From: an uncultured Desulfobacterales bacterium
Lineage (GTDB): Bacteria > Desulfobacterota > Desulfobacteria > Desulfobacterales > JAFDDL01
Length of the DNA: 61,957 nucleotides
Direction: 5' to 3'
Assembly (NCBI GenBank): GCA_964407825.1
Contig: CAYOXD010000003.1
Coordinates: 8,308 to 70,264, forward strand
Shown: in pieces, positions 9,185-17,929 of the stretch
Position numbering within the stretch: position 1 is the first letter of the stretch
Layout: every line of letters begins with the position of its first letter
Notes under the pieces: generated by a model
Database searches by the model: none
What the model was told of the DNA's origin: nothing
The model's input: the letters and a program-made list of their open reading frames with translations, nothing else
Position numbers and translations under genes: made by a program

Positions 9185-10120
9185 ATGAATGAGAGAGCCA
9201 TGATACTGGCGTCCTTTGCCGCCGACGCCCTCGCGCTGGGAGGCCACTGGGTTTACAACGCCGCGGTTATTGAGAAAAAATACGGTATCCTAGACCGATA
9301 TGAACCGCCCCTGGGACGCTCCTACCATCCAACCAAGCAAAGGGGCGACTTCACCCACTACGGAGACCAGATGCTTCTGCTGCTGGAGGACCTTGCGGTG
9401 ACCCGCGGATTTGCCCTGGATCACTTCGCAGGCTCTTGGCGGTCCTTTTTCTCGTCCTATGATGGATACTTCGATCATGCCACCAAGGACACACTGGAAA
9501 ATTTCAAACACGGCGCAACGCCCCGTGAGAGCGGCTCACACTCCACGGACCTGGGCGGTGCGGCCCGAATTTGCCCGATCCTGTATTTTTACCGAGGCAG
9601 CCAGGGAGGATGGCTGCCAGCCGTTCGCGCCCAAACCGCCATGACCCACAACCATGAGGATGTAGTAAAGAGTGCCATCTTCTTTTCCGATGTCACCCGC
9701 CGGGTGCTGGCCGGACAATCACCGTCCGCCGCGGTGCTGGAGGTGGTCCAGGGCTGTCAGGGACAGGAGAACATCATCTCATGGGTCAACCGCGGCAGGG
9801 AAAGCCTTGATGCGGATACCCGGCAGGCTATCGCCGGCTTCGGACAGCAGTGTGCCACCGCCGCCGCCTTTCCCGGCGTGATTCATCTGGTGCTGAAATA
9901 TGAGAATGATTTGAAAACGGCACTGGTCGAAAATGTGATGGCCGGTGGGGATTCCGCTGCTAGGGGGATGATGACTGGCATGATCCTCGGCGCTCACACG
10001 GGCATGGAGGGCATCCCCGGCCATTGGCTCTCACAACTGCGAGCATGGGAGCGCATCACCGGACTCTTGGATCAAATCGATGCGATGAACGACCGCGGCG
10101 CCCCCAAATTGCTGTCATAG
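9185..10120 (+). CDS. ADP-ribosylglycohydrolase family protein
   Basis: ADALALG, T..TH, N..AGGDS and G...GA..G...IP..W pattern. GGAGG RBS before ATG 9185. Confidence 0.8.
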   Translation: MNERAMILASFAADALALGGHWVYNAAVIEKKYGILDRYEPPLGRSYHPTKQRGDFTHYGDQMLLLLEDLAVTRGFALDHFAGSWRSFFSSYDGYFDHATKDTLENFKHGATPRESGSHSTDLGGAARICPILYFYRGSQGGWLPAVRAQTAMTHNHEDVVKSAIFFSDVTRRVLAGQSPSAAVLEVVQGCQGQENIISWVNRGRESLDADTRQAIAGFGQQCATAAAFPGVIHLVLKYENDLKTALVENVMAGGDSAARGMMTGMILGAHTGMEGIPGHWLSQLRAWERITGLLDQIDAMNDRGAPKLLS

Positions 10121-10180
10121 GGCCCATGGTAGAGGCTTTACAAGCGGATTATTCGAACGAAGGCGAAAGGAATTCCGGCC

Positions 10181-10363
10181 ATGGCCTGGAAATGCATTGA
10201 AGGATTGCCGGGTCGGGTGTTCATACCCGATGAGGAGGAAGAGGGCTTGCCGAAGAAGCACCCCTGCAAATCCTGCTTTTCCTGCCAGCAATGCGGCGAG
10301 AACCGCTGCCGGATCTGTCTCAATGCTCGTTGCTCGGGAAAAAACGATCCAGACGCAGACTGA
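10181..10363 (+). CDS. Small Cys-rich hypothetical protein
   Basis: 60 aa with HPCKSCFSCQQC...RCRIC...C. Fills the gap between co-oriented genes. Confidence 0.6.
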   Translation: MAWKCIEGLPGRVFIPDEEEEGLPKKHPCKSCFSCQQCGENRCRICLNARCSGKNDPDAD

Positions 10364-10417
10364 GCCCGCGCTGCCGCGTTGGCAGGCATCCCCCATTTGC
10401 ACTCCGGAATCTGAGAT

Positions 10418-11500
10418 ATGAAACAGCCGCACATTCTTATCGTTAAAAGCCAGGCCGCCGTGGCCTCGGAGCTGGCGGCCCGAGTGAAAGGGCTGGGTTA
10501 CGAGGTCATCGGGATTGCAGCCGATGGCAAGGAGGCGCTGTCGCTTACCGATGGCCTGGCGCCGGATCTTGTGCTGATGGACATCGATCTGAACGATCCC
10601 CCGGGGGGCGCACCTCCGGGAAAAGCGATGCAGGGCCTGGACAATGTGCCGGTGGTGTATCTGTCAGACCACCCCCCTGTCGCCACTCTCGATCGGCTGA
10701 ACATCACCGGGCCGTTCGGGTATATCTGCAACCCCTTTGACGAGCGGGATGTGCAGATGCAGATAGCCTTCGCCCTGTTTAAGCACCGTTCAGAGGAGAA
10801 ACTGCGGCAAGCCGATGAGGCACTGGAGCAATTCACTTATGCTGCTTCCCATGATCTCCAGGCACCGCTGCGCTCGGTTATCGGATTTCTCCAGCTGCTC
10901 CAGACCCGGTGTGACGACCGACTCGACGAGGAGGGACGGCATTTTATCCAACGATGCGTCAGCGCTGGATATCGAATGCAGGCGATGATTGAAGGCCTGT
11001 TGACCCTGTCCAGGGTGAATACCCATGCCTCAAGGTTTGCCCTGACGGATCTCAACCGGATCCTACAAAATGTTCTCAAAGCCCTTCCGCCCATCCTCCT
11101 GGAGAGAAATCCGGACATGATCTGCGCCGTCCTGCCGAATCTGTCCGTTGATGGCGGCCAGATCCACAGCCTTTTTCAGCATCTGATCACCAATGCCCTG
11201 ACCTATAATAATAGCCGGGTCCCCAGGGTCGAGATCGGCTGCCAGGAGCAGGCCGATGCCTTTGGATTTTACGTGAAGGACAATGGCATCGGCATTCGTT
11301 CCCAATTTCACCAGAGGATTTTCACGGTTTTCCAAAGGCTTCACACGGACCGTGAATATTCGGGGATTGGGCTGGGGCTTGCGCTTTGCAAGAGGATCGT
11401 CGAACGGCACGGCGGGAGCCTTTGGGTCGAATCGCCGCCTGAGAAAGGCTCAACCTTTCATTTCTCGCTTCCCAAGCAGACCCGAACCCAAGATATTTGA
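10418..11500 (+). CDS. Receiver-domain + HisKA/HATPase histidine kinase
   Basis: N-terminal receiver (LVLMDIDL), H-box SHDLQAPL, N-box, DNGIGI and GIGLGLA. Confidence 0.88.
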   Translation: MKQPHILIVKSQAAVASELAARVKGLGYEVIGIAADGKEALSLTDGLAPDLVLMDIDLNDPPGGAPPGKAMQGLDNVPVVYLSDHPPVATLDRLNITGPFGYICNPFDERDVQMQIAFALFKHRSEEKLRQADEALEQFTYAASHDLQAPLRSVIGFLQLLQTRCDDRLDEEGRHFIQRCVSAGYRMQAMIEGLLTLSRVNTHASRFALTDLNRILQNVLKALPPILLERNPDMICAVLPNLSVDGGQIHSLFQHLITNALTYNNSRVPRVEIGCQEQADAFGFYVKDNGIGIRSQFHQRIFTVFQRLHTDREYSGIGLGLALCKRIVERHGGSLWVESPPEKGSTFHFSLPKQTRTQDI

Positions 11501-11516
11501 ATTTCCCGGATCCAAC

Positions 11517-13613
11517 TCACCCATCCAGGACCTGGCGAATCATCCGGGCCATCTCGATCATGGGGACGGGTTTTGTCAGAAATCCCTGCACCTGTAACTC
11601 CAGCGAATTGCCCGGGGACGGACAGTCCATGCCGCCGGAGCAGAGGATGATCGGAATGTCGGGTTGAATATGGCGGAGTTTTTGGGTCAAGGCCCAGCCA
11701 TTTAGCTTGGGCATATTCATGTCCGATATAACCAGGTCAAATTGGCTCGGGGACTCTGCAAATCGTTCGATGGCCTGGAGGCAATCGCTCAGGGCCACCA
11801 CCTGATACCCCAGCCTGCCCAGCATTTGCGTTGCGAGTTCCACCTGTATGGATTCGTCATCGATGAACAAGATACGCTCGTTTCCCCCGGGCAAGCTGGA
11901 GGGGGCGTCGGGACTGCGGACGTGCGATGGGCGGGCGCCGGGCAGCAGTACCCGAAAGATACTGCCCGCGCCGACCTGGCTGCTGGCAAAAATGGAACCA
12001 TGGCAGTTTTTCACGATCCCGTGCACGACGGAAAGCCCCATGCCGGTACCCTTTCCCTCCTCCTTCGTGGTGAAGAAGGGGTCGAAGACCCTTTTCAGAA
12101 CCTCATCGCTCATGCCCTGGCCGGTGTCTCTCACCGTCAGCTCGACATGCGTACCGGTCTGTAATTCCGGATATGATTTCATGTCGGCAGGTTGAAGATT
12201 CAGATCGCGCAACCGCACGGCCAGTACGCCCCCACCTGCCTGCATGGCCTGGGCCGCATTGGTACACAGATTCATAATGACCTGATGCAGTTGGGTGGGA
12301 TCGGCCAGGACAAATGCCTCGCTTTTAATTTCGCTCTCGATTTCAATGGCCGCCGGCAGGCAGGCACGCAGCAATTTTAAGGCTTCCTTGACGATTATCT
12401 TGGGTTTGACAGGCTTTTGCTCGAGTTTGGATTGGCGGCTGAAGGCCAAAATCTGCCGAATGAGATCCGTGGCTCGCTGGGTGGCATGCAGGACCTGGGT
12501 CAGATTGTGTTGTAAGGCGCTGTTTCCCGAAACCTCATTCAGGCTCAACTCGGTATACCCCAGAATGGCCGATAGAATATTGTTGAAATCGTGGGCGATG
12601 CCGCCTGCCAGGGTGCCCATGGCCTCCATCTTCTGAGATTGCTGCAGTTGGCGCAGGATTTCCACCCGTTCCTTTTCGAGTTGAGTGCGAAGGGCCAGCT
12701 CGTCGGTGAGCCGTGCATTGGCCTGCTGCAACTGCCTGGTTCGCTGGCGCACCCGCTCCTCCAAGGCGCTGTGGGATGCAATCAGTGCCCTTTGCAGCTC
12801 CTGCAACCCATCCTTTTGGATGGCGATTTCGCGGCCTGCCTGAATAATTCGCTGCTTCTCTTCAAAGTGGCTCAGATCCCGGATAATCAGAAGGATTTTA
12901 TCATGGCTCGTGGTCACCGCAATGGCCTCGAAATAGTGCTCCTTTCCACTGCTTTCGGTATCGATCCACAATCCCGATTTCGTGCAGCCCACTTGATCGC
13001 GGTTCCAGAAGGCAAGGGCGTCATCCAGAAAATTCTCCAGAAAAGAAAAGGAGCTGCCGATGGTCCCGCAGGAGATGTGTCCGTCATTCCGATTCGGGCA
13101 ATAGCGCACAAGCCATTCCGGCTCCTGACCCAGCAGCTCGAATGAGCCGTCGGATTCGAGTCGCATGGCGGCAATGTCCATGGCATGATACAGTTCATTT
13201 GCCCGATTGGCGATCCGGGCACTCGCCTTTGCCTCACGGGAGAGCGTCATAGCCAGGGCATTGGCTTTTTGCTGCCATTGGGTGATGGTCCGATCCTTCT
13301 CGGTCACATCCACTAAAAACAGTCCATGGCCGGACTCGGTTTGAAACAGGTGGACATCCAGGGACCTGTCCGGGGCCATTTTCACCATGGGCAGGTAGAG
13401 CGACGGCACTTGGGTGGGAAAGAGCCCCTCGGTGAAGAGCAGTTGGTCGGTGATGGGCCGATCCTTTTCAAGGGCGGGCAGTCCCAGGCCTTCAAGATCT
13501 CCCCCCCAGGAGCGTACCGCTCCCTGCGGGTCGACCAGAATGTATGCGAAGACAAACCGGTGTGGAAGCCATTCCTGAAGAAATGCCCATACGGGCTTCG
13601 GTAATTGGACCAT
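11517..13613 (-). CDS. Hybrid sensor histidine kinase / response regulator
   Basis: H-box AHDFNNIL, N-box NLCTNA, DTGQG, PFFTTK, GTGMGL. C-terminal receiver FIDDE...ISDMNMP...TKP. Confidence 0.92.
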   Translation of the reverse strand: MVQLPKPVWAFLQEWLPHRFVFAYILVDPQGAVRSWGGDLEGLGLPALEKDRPITDQLLFTEGLFPTQVPSLYLPMVKMAPDRSLDVHLFQTESGHGLFLVDVTEKDRTITQWQQKANALAMTLSREAKASARIANRANELYHAMDIAAMRLESDGSFELLGQEPEWLVRYCPNRNDGHISCGTIGSSFSFLENFLDDALAFWNRDQVGCTKSGLWIDTESSGKEHYFEAIAVTTSHDKILLIIRDLSHFEEKQRIIQAGREIAIQKDGLQELQRALIASHSALEERVRQRTRQLQQANARLTDELALRTQLEKERVEILRQLQQSQKMEAMGTLAGGIAHDFNNILSAILGYTELSLNEVSGNSALQHNLTQVLHATQRATDLIRQILAFSRQSKLEQKPVKPKIIVKEALKLLRACLPAAIEIESEIKSEAFVLADPTQLHQVIMNLCTNAAQAMQAGGGVLAVRLRDLNLQPADMKSYPELQTGTHVELTVRDTGQGMSDEVLKRVFDPFFTTKEEGKGTGMGLSVVHGIVKNCHGSIFASSQVGAGSIFRVLLPGARPSHVRSPDAPSSLPGGNERILFIDDESIQVELATQMLGRLGYQVVALSDCLQAIERFAESPSQFDLVISDMNMPKLNGWALTQKLRHIQPDIPIILCSGGMDCPSPGNSLELQVQGFLTKPVPMIEMARMIRQVLDG

Positions 13614-14110
13614 TATGCCTCCAAAATCAGGGCGGCCAAGGTTTGGAAGGCCGTCTCGACGCAGTGGCCGGTTTTGGCGCTGGTCTCAATCGCCTGGATG
13701 CGATTCCTGGCAAGCCGTGCCAGATCTTCATCGGTTATCTCCCAATGTTCTCTCAGATCGCACTTGTTCAAAGTCATGATGCACGGCTGCGCTCCAACGG
13801 CGTCCTGCGCCCGCGCCTGGAGACCCAAGGCGACGTCGAGGGTGTTGCGCCGGGTGCCGTCCACAACATAGATGAACCCGGCCGAACCCCGCAGGTAGGA
13901 CACGGGCACGGACTGGAAATCATCCTCGCCGTGCAAATCCCATATGATCAGATCGATCTCTTTTCCGGACACGGTCATCTCCTTCTTGTCGATTTTCACC
14001 CCCACCGTGGTGTGATACTTATCCGAAAAAATCGAGTAAACGTGCCGTTTAACCAAACTCGTCTTACCTGCGGCGAATGCGCCGAGCATACAGATCTTCT
14101 TCTTGATCAT
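13613..14110 (-). CDS. Ras-superfamily (Rab-like, Rup-type) small GTPase
   Basis: G1 GAFAAGKT, G2 YHTTVG, G3 WDLHG, G4 NKCD, G5 TSAKTG. 165 aa. ATG 14110 overlaps the upstream stop (ATGA). Confidence 0.9.
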   Translation of the reverse strand: MIKKKICMLGAFAAGKTSLVKRHVYSIFSDKYHTTVGVKIDKKEMTVSGKEIDLIIWDLHGEDDFQSVPVSYLRGSAGFIYVVDGTRRNTLDVALGLQARAQDAVGAQPCIMTLNKCDLREHWEITDEDLARLARNRIQAIETSAKTGHCVETAFQTLAALILEA

Positions 14111-15873
14111 GGGCATGCCTCTTTGCCGTTGATGAGCGTTTGGAAGGTGACGCTGCGTTCGGTGTCGAAATGTTCCTGAGCATCGCCCGTCTGGAAAGGC
14201 ATATCGGAACCTCTGCCCACGGGGGACAACAGGGTGGGGTCGAGCCCCTTCGCGAAAAGAAACCGCAACACGCGCGAGGATCTATCCTGGCTCAGATGCA
14301 GATTCAACAGGGGGGGGCCAGTGGGATCGCTCCGGCCGATCACCTTGATATGAATTTGAATTCCCGATTGTTGGGCCATGGACTGCATCCTGGCAATCAG
14401 GGAGCTGGCAGTCATCAGGGTTGGCTGTTGATCCGGGGCCAAAACGCTCCTGCCCGAAGCGAAGGTAATGCTTAGTCTGGACAGTCGACTGGCCAGGGCA
14501 TAAAGTTCAACCATCTGGATATCCTTCAACTGGCGCGTATCGCAGGCAGACACCCCCGCAATGGCGGGTGCAAGCCGGTTCAGTTTTACAACCCATTCAT
14601 GGGAAGCGCTCCCTGAAGCGGCCAGTACCCCCTGGCGAAGGTTCAACTGAACCCCGGGCGGTGGCTTCAAAATCTGCTCCGCCCTGCGCAGCACCAAGGG
14701 TCCCTCAAGAGCCTGGTAATACCGCCACCGGCTATGTACCTGTTGGGGATCGATACCGGCTGCGGCCATCAGTTCCCGGGGGTCCGCGGCGAGCGGGTCG
14801 CGCAACCCCTCGATATAATATTGCCCCCATCCCTGATGAGCCGTTGTGACGACAATACCGCTTTGCGCCCGCAACTTAGCGAGATAATTCTGCCAATGAC
14901 GTCGTTGTTGGAGAAAATGCCATGTCCCGAAAAGAACCAAGGCGACGGCGGCCGCACCGGCAAGCCAGAGCAACGGCGAGGCCCGCTGTTTGACCTCTCT
15001 CATCTCGACGATCAGCTCGTTTTCCAACTGAGGCCGAATCATGTCGAAGGGAGCCACCTCACCATCGAAATCAGCCCATTTCGAGCTGAAGGTTTCATGA
15101 ATTTCCTTCAGCAGGCCTTTGAATCGCTCCCGCATCGTCAGCGGCGGTGTGCCGCGGAGCACGACCGCCAGAAATGCCTCCGCCCCCTGCTCAATCCAAA
15201 CACTGTGATCGCCGCCCATGCGCAAGGTATCCAAGGTGTCACCGTGATGCGCGTCGAAGCTGTCCTTGATGAAATCCTGAATGGCGGTGAGCATGCCCGA
15301 AACCAGGTCCGGATCGCGTACCTGTATGTCCAGCGAGGCCACATGCTGGAGCACCACACCGGTATGCCGATGCACCAAGAATATCTGTTCCACCTGATAG
15401 ACCAGACTGTGAAGCAACACCACTTCAGCAAAGGGCCGATGCGTACGAAAGGCTTCCAGGCGCCATTTGATCCCACGAAGGGAGACCGTCTGGTTGAGCA
15501 GTTGGTTGAGGGATTGAATCATCCCCAGGAGAGTGGCGATGACGGATTTGCGAATGGCCGGCCCCAGGGCAGGAAAAATCACATCGGCGATGAACGCGGG
15601 GTTCCTTCGGACCGATCTTTTGAGCACTGTATCGATGGTAGGCCCCAGGGCTTGCGCCATGCGATCCCCGTTCGCGTGGCTCAAGGTGATGGCATCGGGC
15701 AAAGCCTGGCTGAGTTCCTCGGCGCGGCGTACCGGGTCGTTGAGGCGGGCCAGGATTTCATCCAGCCGGCGACGCTCGGGCCCCGAAAGCAATTCGCGCA
15801 GCTGGCGCCATTGGGAGGCAATTAACTCATCTGCCTGCGCGTCCGAACCGTCTCTTGAAGCGGATTCACCCAT
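14107..15873 (-). CDS. Single-pass membrane protein: cytoplasmic helical + longin/roadblock-like region, TM, periplasmic BON-like + OmpA/MotB domain
   Basis: TM at about aa 300-320. C-terminal ITF..G...GRSDPTG...NLHLSQDR OmpA motif. Confidence 0.8.
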   Translation of the reverse strand: MGESASRDGSDAQADELIASQWRQLRELLSGPERRRLDEILARLNDPVRRAEELSQALPDAITLSHANGDRMAQALGPTIDTVLKRSVRRNPAFIADVIFPALGPAIRKSVIATLLGMIQSLNQLLNQTVSLRGIKWRLEAFRTHRPFAEVVLLHSLVYQVEQIFLVHRHTGVVLQHVASLDIQVRDPDLVSGMLTAIQDFIKDSFDAHHGDTLDTLRMGGDHSVWIEQGAEAFLAVVLRGTPPLTMRERFKGLLKEIHETFSSKWADFDGEVAPFDMIRPQLENELIVEMREVKQRASPLLWLAGAAAVALVLFGTWHFLQQRRHWQNYLAKLRAQSGIVVTTAHQGWGQYYIEGLRDPLAADPRELMAAAGIDPQQVHSRWRYYQALEGPLVLRRAEQILKPPPGVQLNLRQGVLAASGSASHEWVVKLNRLAPAIAGVSACDTRQLKDIQMVELYALASRLSRLSITFASGRSVLAPDQQPTLMTASSLIARMQSMAQQSGIQIHIKVIGRSDPTGPPLLNLHLSQDRSSRVLRFLFAKGLDPTLLSPVGRGSDMPFQTGDAQEHFDTERSVTFQTLINGKEACP

Positions 15874-15884
15874 AGCATTCCACT

Positions 15885-16499
15885 TCAGGCATCGGCCTCA
15901 CCGACAGCGGGAATCTCCTGGTGGTCTGAAAGCCTCATGGCGATATCCACCAGATATTCGGCCAGGGATGCGCGATCCAGTTTGCTTCCATCGAGCCGTT
16001 CAGCCACTTGGGCCAGGGACCGGTCCGCCTGCTCCTGCTTGCTCTGGATGGTACCGATCAATTCCTTGGATTGCTGAAGGATCTGCTGCCGCAGTTCGGT
16101 AGAACGTTCCGAGAGCTTGTCTTCGACCTGCTGGATGGCCGAGGTTAACTCGACCGAGGAGCTCCTCATGTCATCGTTCAGGCGCTTTCCGGCCTCCGCA
16201 CACTTATCCGCTTCCTTTTTAATACGCCCCTTGAGGGTTTCCAGTTCTTCCTTGAAAAAACGTTCCAGAGCCTCCAGACGATTGGTCAATTCGTCCCGTA
16301 GCGCGGCGGTGTATCGATTCAGGTGCTCCTCCATTTGGGAAAAACGGCGTTCGAAATCCCGCACCTGATTGCCGAAAAGGATATCGCGGATCTTCTCCAT
16401 GCTTCCGACATCGCCTGTTTCGGTTGGGAATGAGGCATTTTTCGGTGGCTTGGATTTCAGCGGCACTTCTGGCTTGAGCGCCTCGTCCTTTTTGCTCAT
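15885..16499 (-). CDS. Coiled-coil hypothetical protein
   Basis: KIRDILFG.Q.R then a long E/K/L/Q heptad-rich helix. AGGAG RBS before ATG 16499. Confidence 0.75.
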   Translation of the reverse strand: MSKKDEALKPEVPLKSKPPKNASFPTETGDVGSMEKIRDILFGNQVRDFERRFSQMEEHLNRYTAALRDELTNRLEALERFFKEELETLKGRIKKEADKCAEAGKRLNDDMRSSSVELTSAIQQVEDKLSERSTELRQQILQQSKELIGTIQSKQEQADRSLAQVAERLDGSKLDRASLAEYLVDIAMRLSDHQEIPAVGEADA

Positions 16500-16881
16500 G
16501 GTGGCTCCTCTCGTTGGAATACGCCCATCCATCCGGCATGACTTTGTTCGGCCCGGAAGATTCTGGTTTCAAAATATTATGTTGTAAGCCCTCCTGCCTG
16601 TTCCAATGCTAAGGGGAGCATGTTTCAGAGGGCATTGTAGGCATTCAGAATGTGGTGCCAAGGCATCGTGTCAACGGCGAAAACAAGGAACCTGTTGGAA
16701 TGTATATATGAAAGAATTATGCGGCAGCAACGGGGCCAATGTCAAGCGATTTGTAGCTTATCCGGTTCTTGGCGATGACGACGGGCCACTGGCTGATCTG
16801 CCTTCGGAAATCGGGTGTACCTAACCGCAAAATGGTTGTATAGACATAGAAACGCTGTTTGCTGACGGAAAGGAACAAGGA

Positions 16882-17853
16882 TTGACACTGGAACTTCTCG
16901 CACTTGCCGCTGGCCTGGCACTCCTGGCATGGAGTGCTGATCGACTGGTGGATGGGGCGGCCGCCACGGCCGGACATTTCGGGGTGCCGCCGCTGCTGAT
17001 CGGCATGGTAATCGTCGGTTTCGGCACTTCGGCGCCGGAAATGGTGGTATCCGCCATGGCGGCCGCCCAGGGTAACCCGGGCCTCGCCCTGGGCAATGCC
17101 TATGGCTCGAATATCGCCAATATCGCCCTCGTCCTCGGGTTGACGGCGCTGGTCTGTCCCATCACCGTCCATTCCCAGGTGCTGCGAAAGGAATTGCCCA
17201 TTTTGACCGCCGTTACGGCCCTTGCCGCCTATCAACTGCGGGACGGGCATATAGGCAGGCTCGATGCCCTGGTGCTGCTGGGCGTCTTCGCCGCTCTGAT
17301 GACCTGGGCCCTCAGGCAGGGGCTTCGGGCCAAGACCGATACCCTGGGCAGCGAAACGGAAAGGCAGCTGGCGGTGCACGCCATGCCTATCAACCAGGCG
17401 CTTTTCCGGATGGGCGCTGGATTGGTTCTGCTGATCGTGAGCTCCCGTATGCTGGTTTGGGGGGCCGTTGGGCTCGCGCATCATTTCGGTGTGAGCGATC
17501 TGGTGATCGGACTCAGCCTCGTGGCGGTGGGCACCTCGCTACCTGAGCTCGCCTCCTCCCTGGTGGCCACGCGAAGGGGGCAGCATGACATCGCGGTGGG
17601 AAATGTACTGGGCTCCAACATTTTCAACACATTGGCCGTCGTCGGGATAGCCGGACTGATTCATCCCATCCAGGTGAGCCCCGAAGTGCTGCGCCGGGAC
17701 GTGCTTATCATGTCGATACTGACCGTATCGCTTTTCGTCATCGGCTACGGGTTTCGAGGTCCGGGACGCATCAACCGCTATGAAGGCGGCGCCCTGCTGA
17801 TCTGCTACGGGGCCTATATCGCCTATCTGGCCAGCAGCGCACTCAGCCGATGA
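16882..17853 (+). CDS. Ca2+/Na+ (cation:Ca2+) antiporter, YrbG family
   Basis: Two alpha repeats, GTSAPE...GSNIAN and GTSLPE...GSNIFN. TTG start. Confidence 0.92.
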   Translation: MTLELLALAAGLALLAWSADRLVDGAAATAGHFGVPPLLIGMVIVGFGTSAPEMVVSAMAAAQGNPGLALGNAYGSNIANIALVLGLTALVCPITVHSQVLRKELPILTAVTALAAYQLRDGHIGRLDALVLLGVFAALMTWALRQGLRAKTDTLGSETERQLAVHAMPINQALFRMGAGLVLLIVSSRMLVWGAVGLAHHFGVSDLVIGLSLVAVGTSLPELASSLVATRRGQHDIAVGNVLGSNIFNTLAVVGIAGLIHPIQVSPEVLRRDVLIMSILTVSLFVIGYGFRGPGRINRYEGGALLICYGAYIAYLASSALSR

Positions 17854-17929
17854 GCCAGCATTAGCTATTGATCCTTTTCGGTATTAGCGGTTATAGTGGC
17901 GGGACCGATTCAGAGAGGAGACGTGTTCC

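Noticed and set aside
10361-10414. UGA followed by a small hairpin as possible selenocysteine read-through
   Set aside because: UGA is not at a Cys-equivalent position, and the extension is short and featureless.
16611-16620. AAGGGGAGCA upstream of the cation antiporter, like the yybP-ykoY Mn riboswitch 5' motif
   Set aside because: The matching 3' GAGACCUU-type segment was not found; only a short local hairpin is present.
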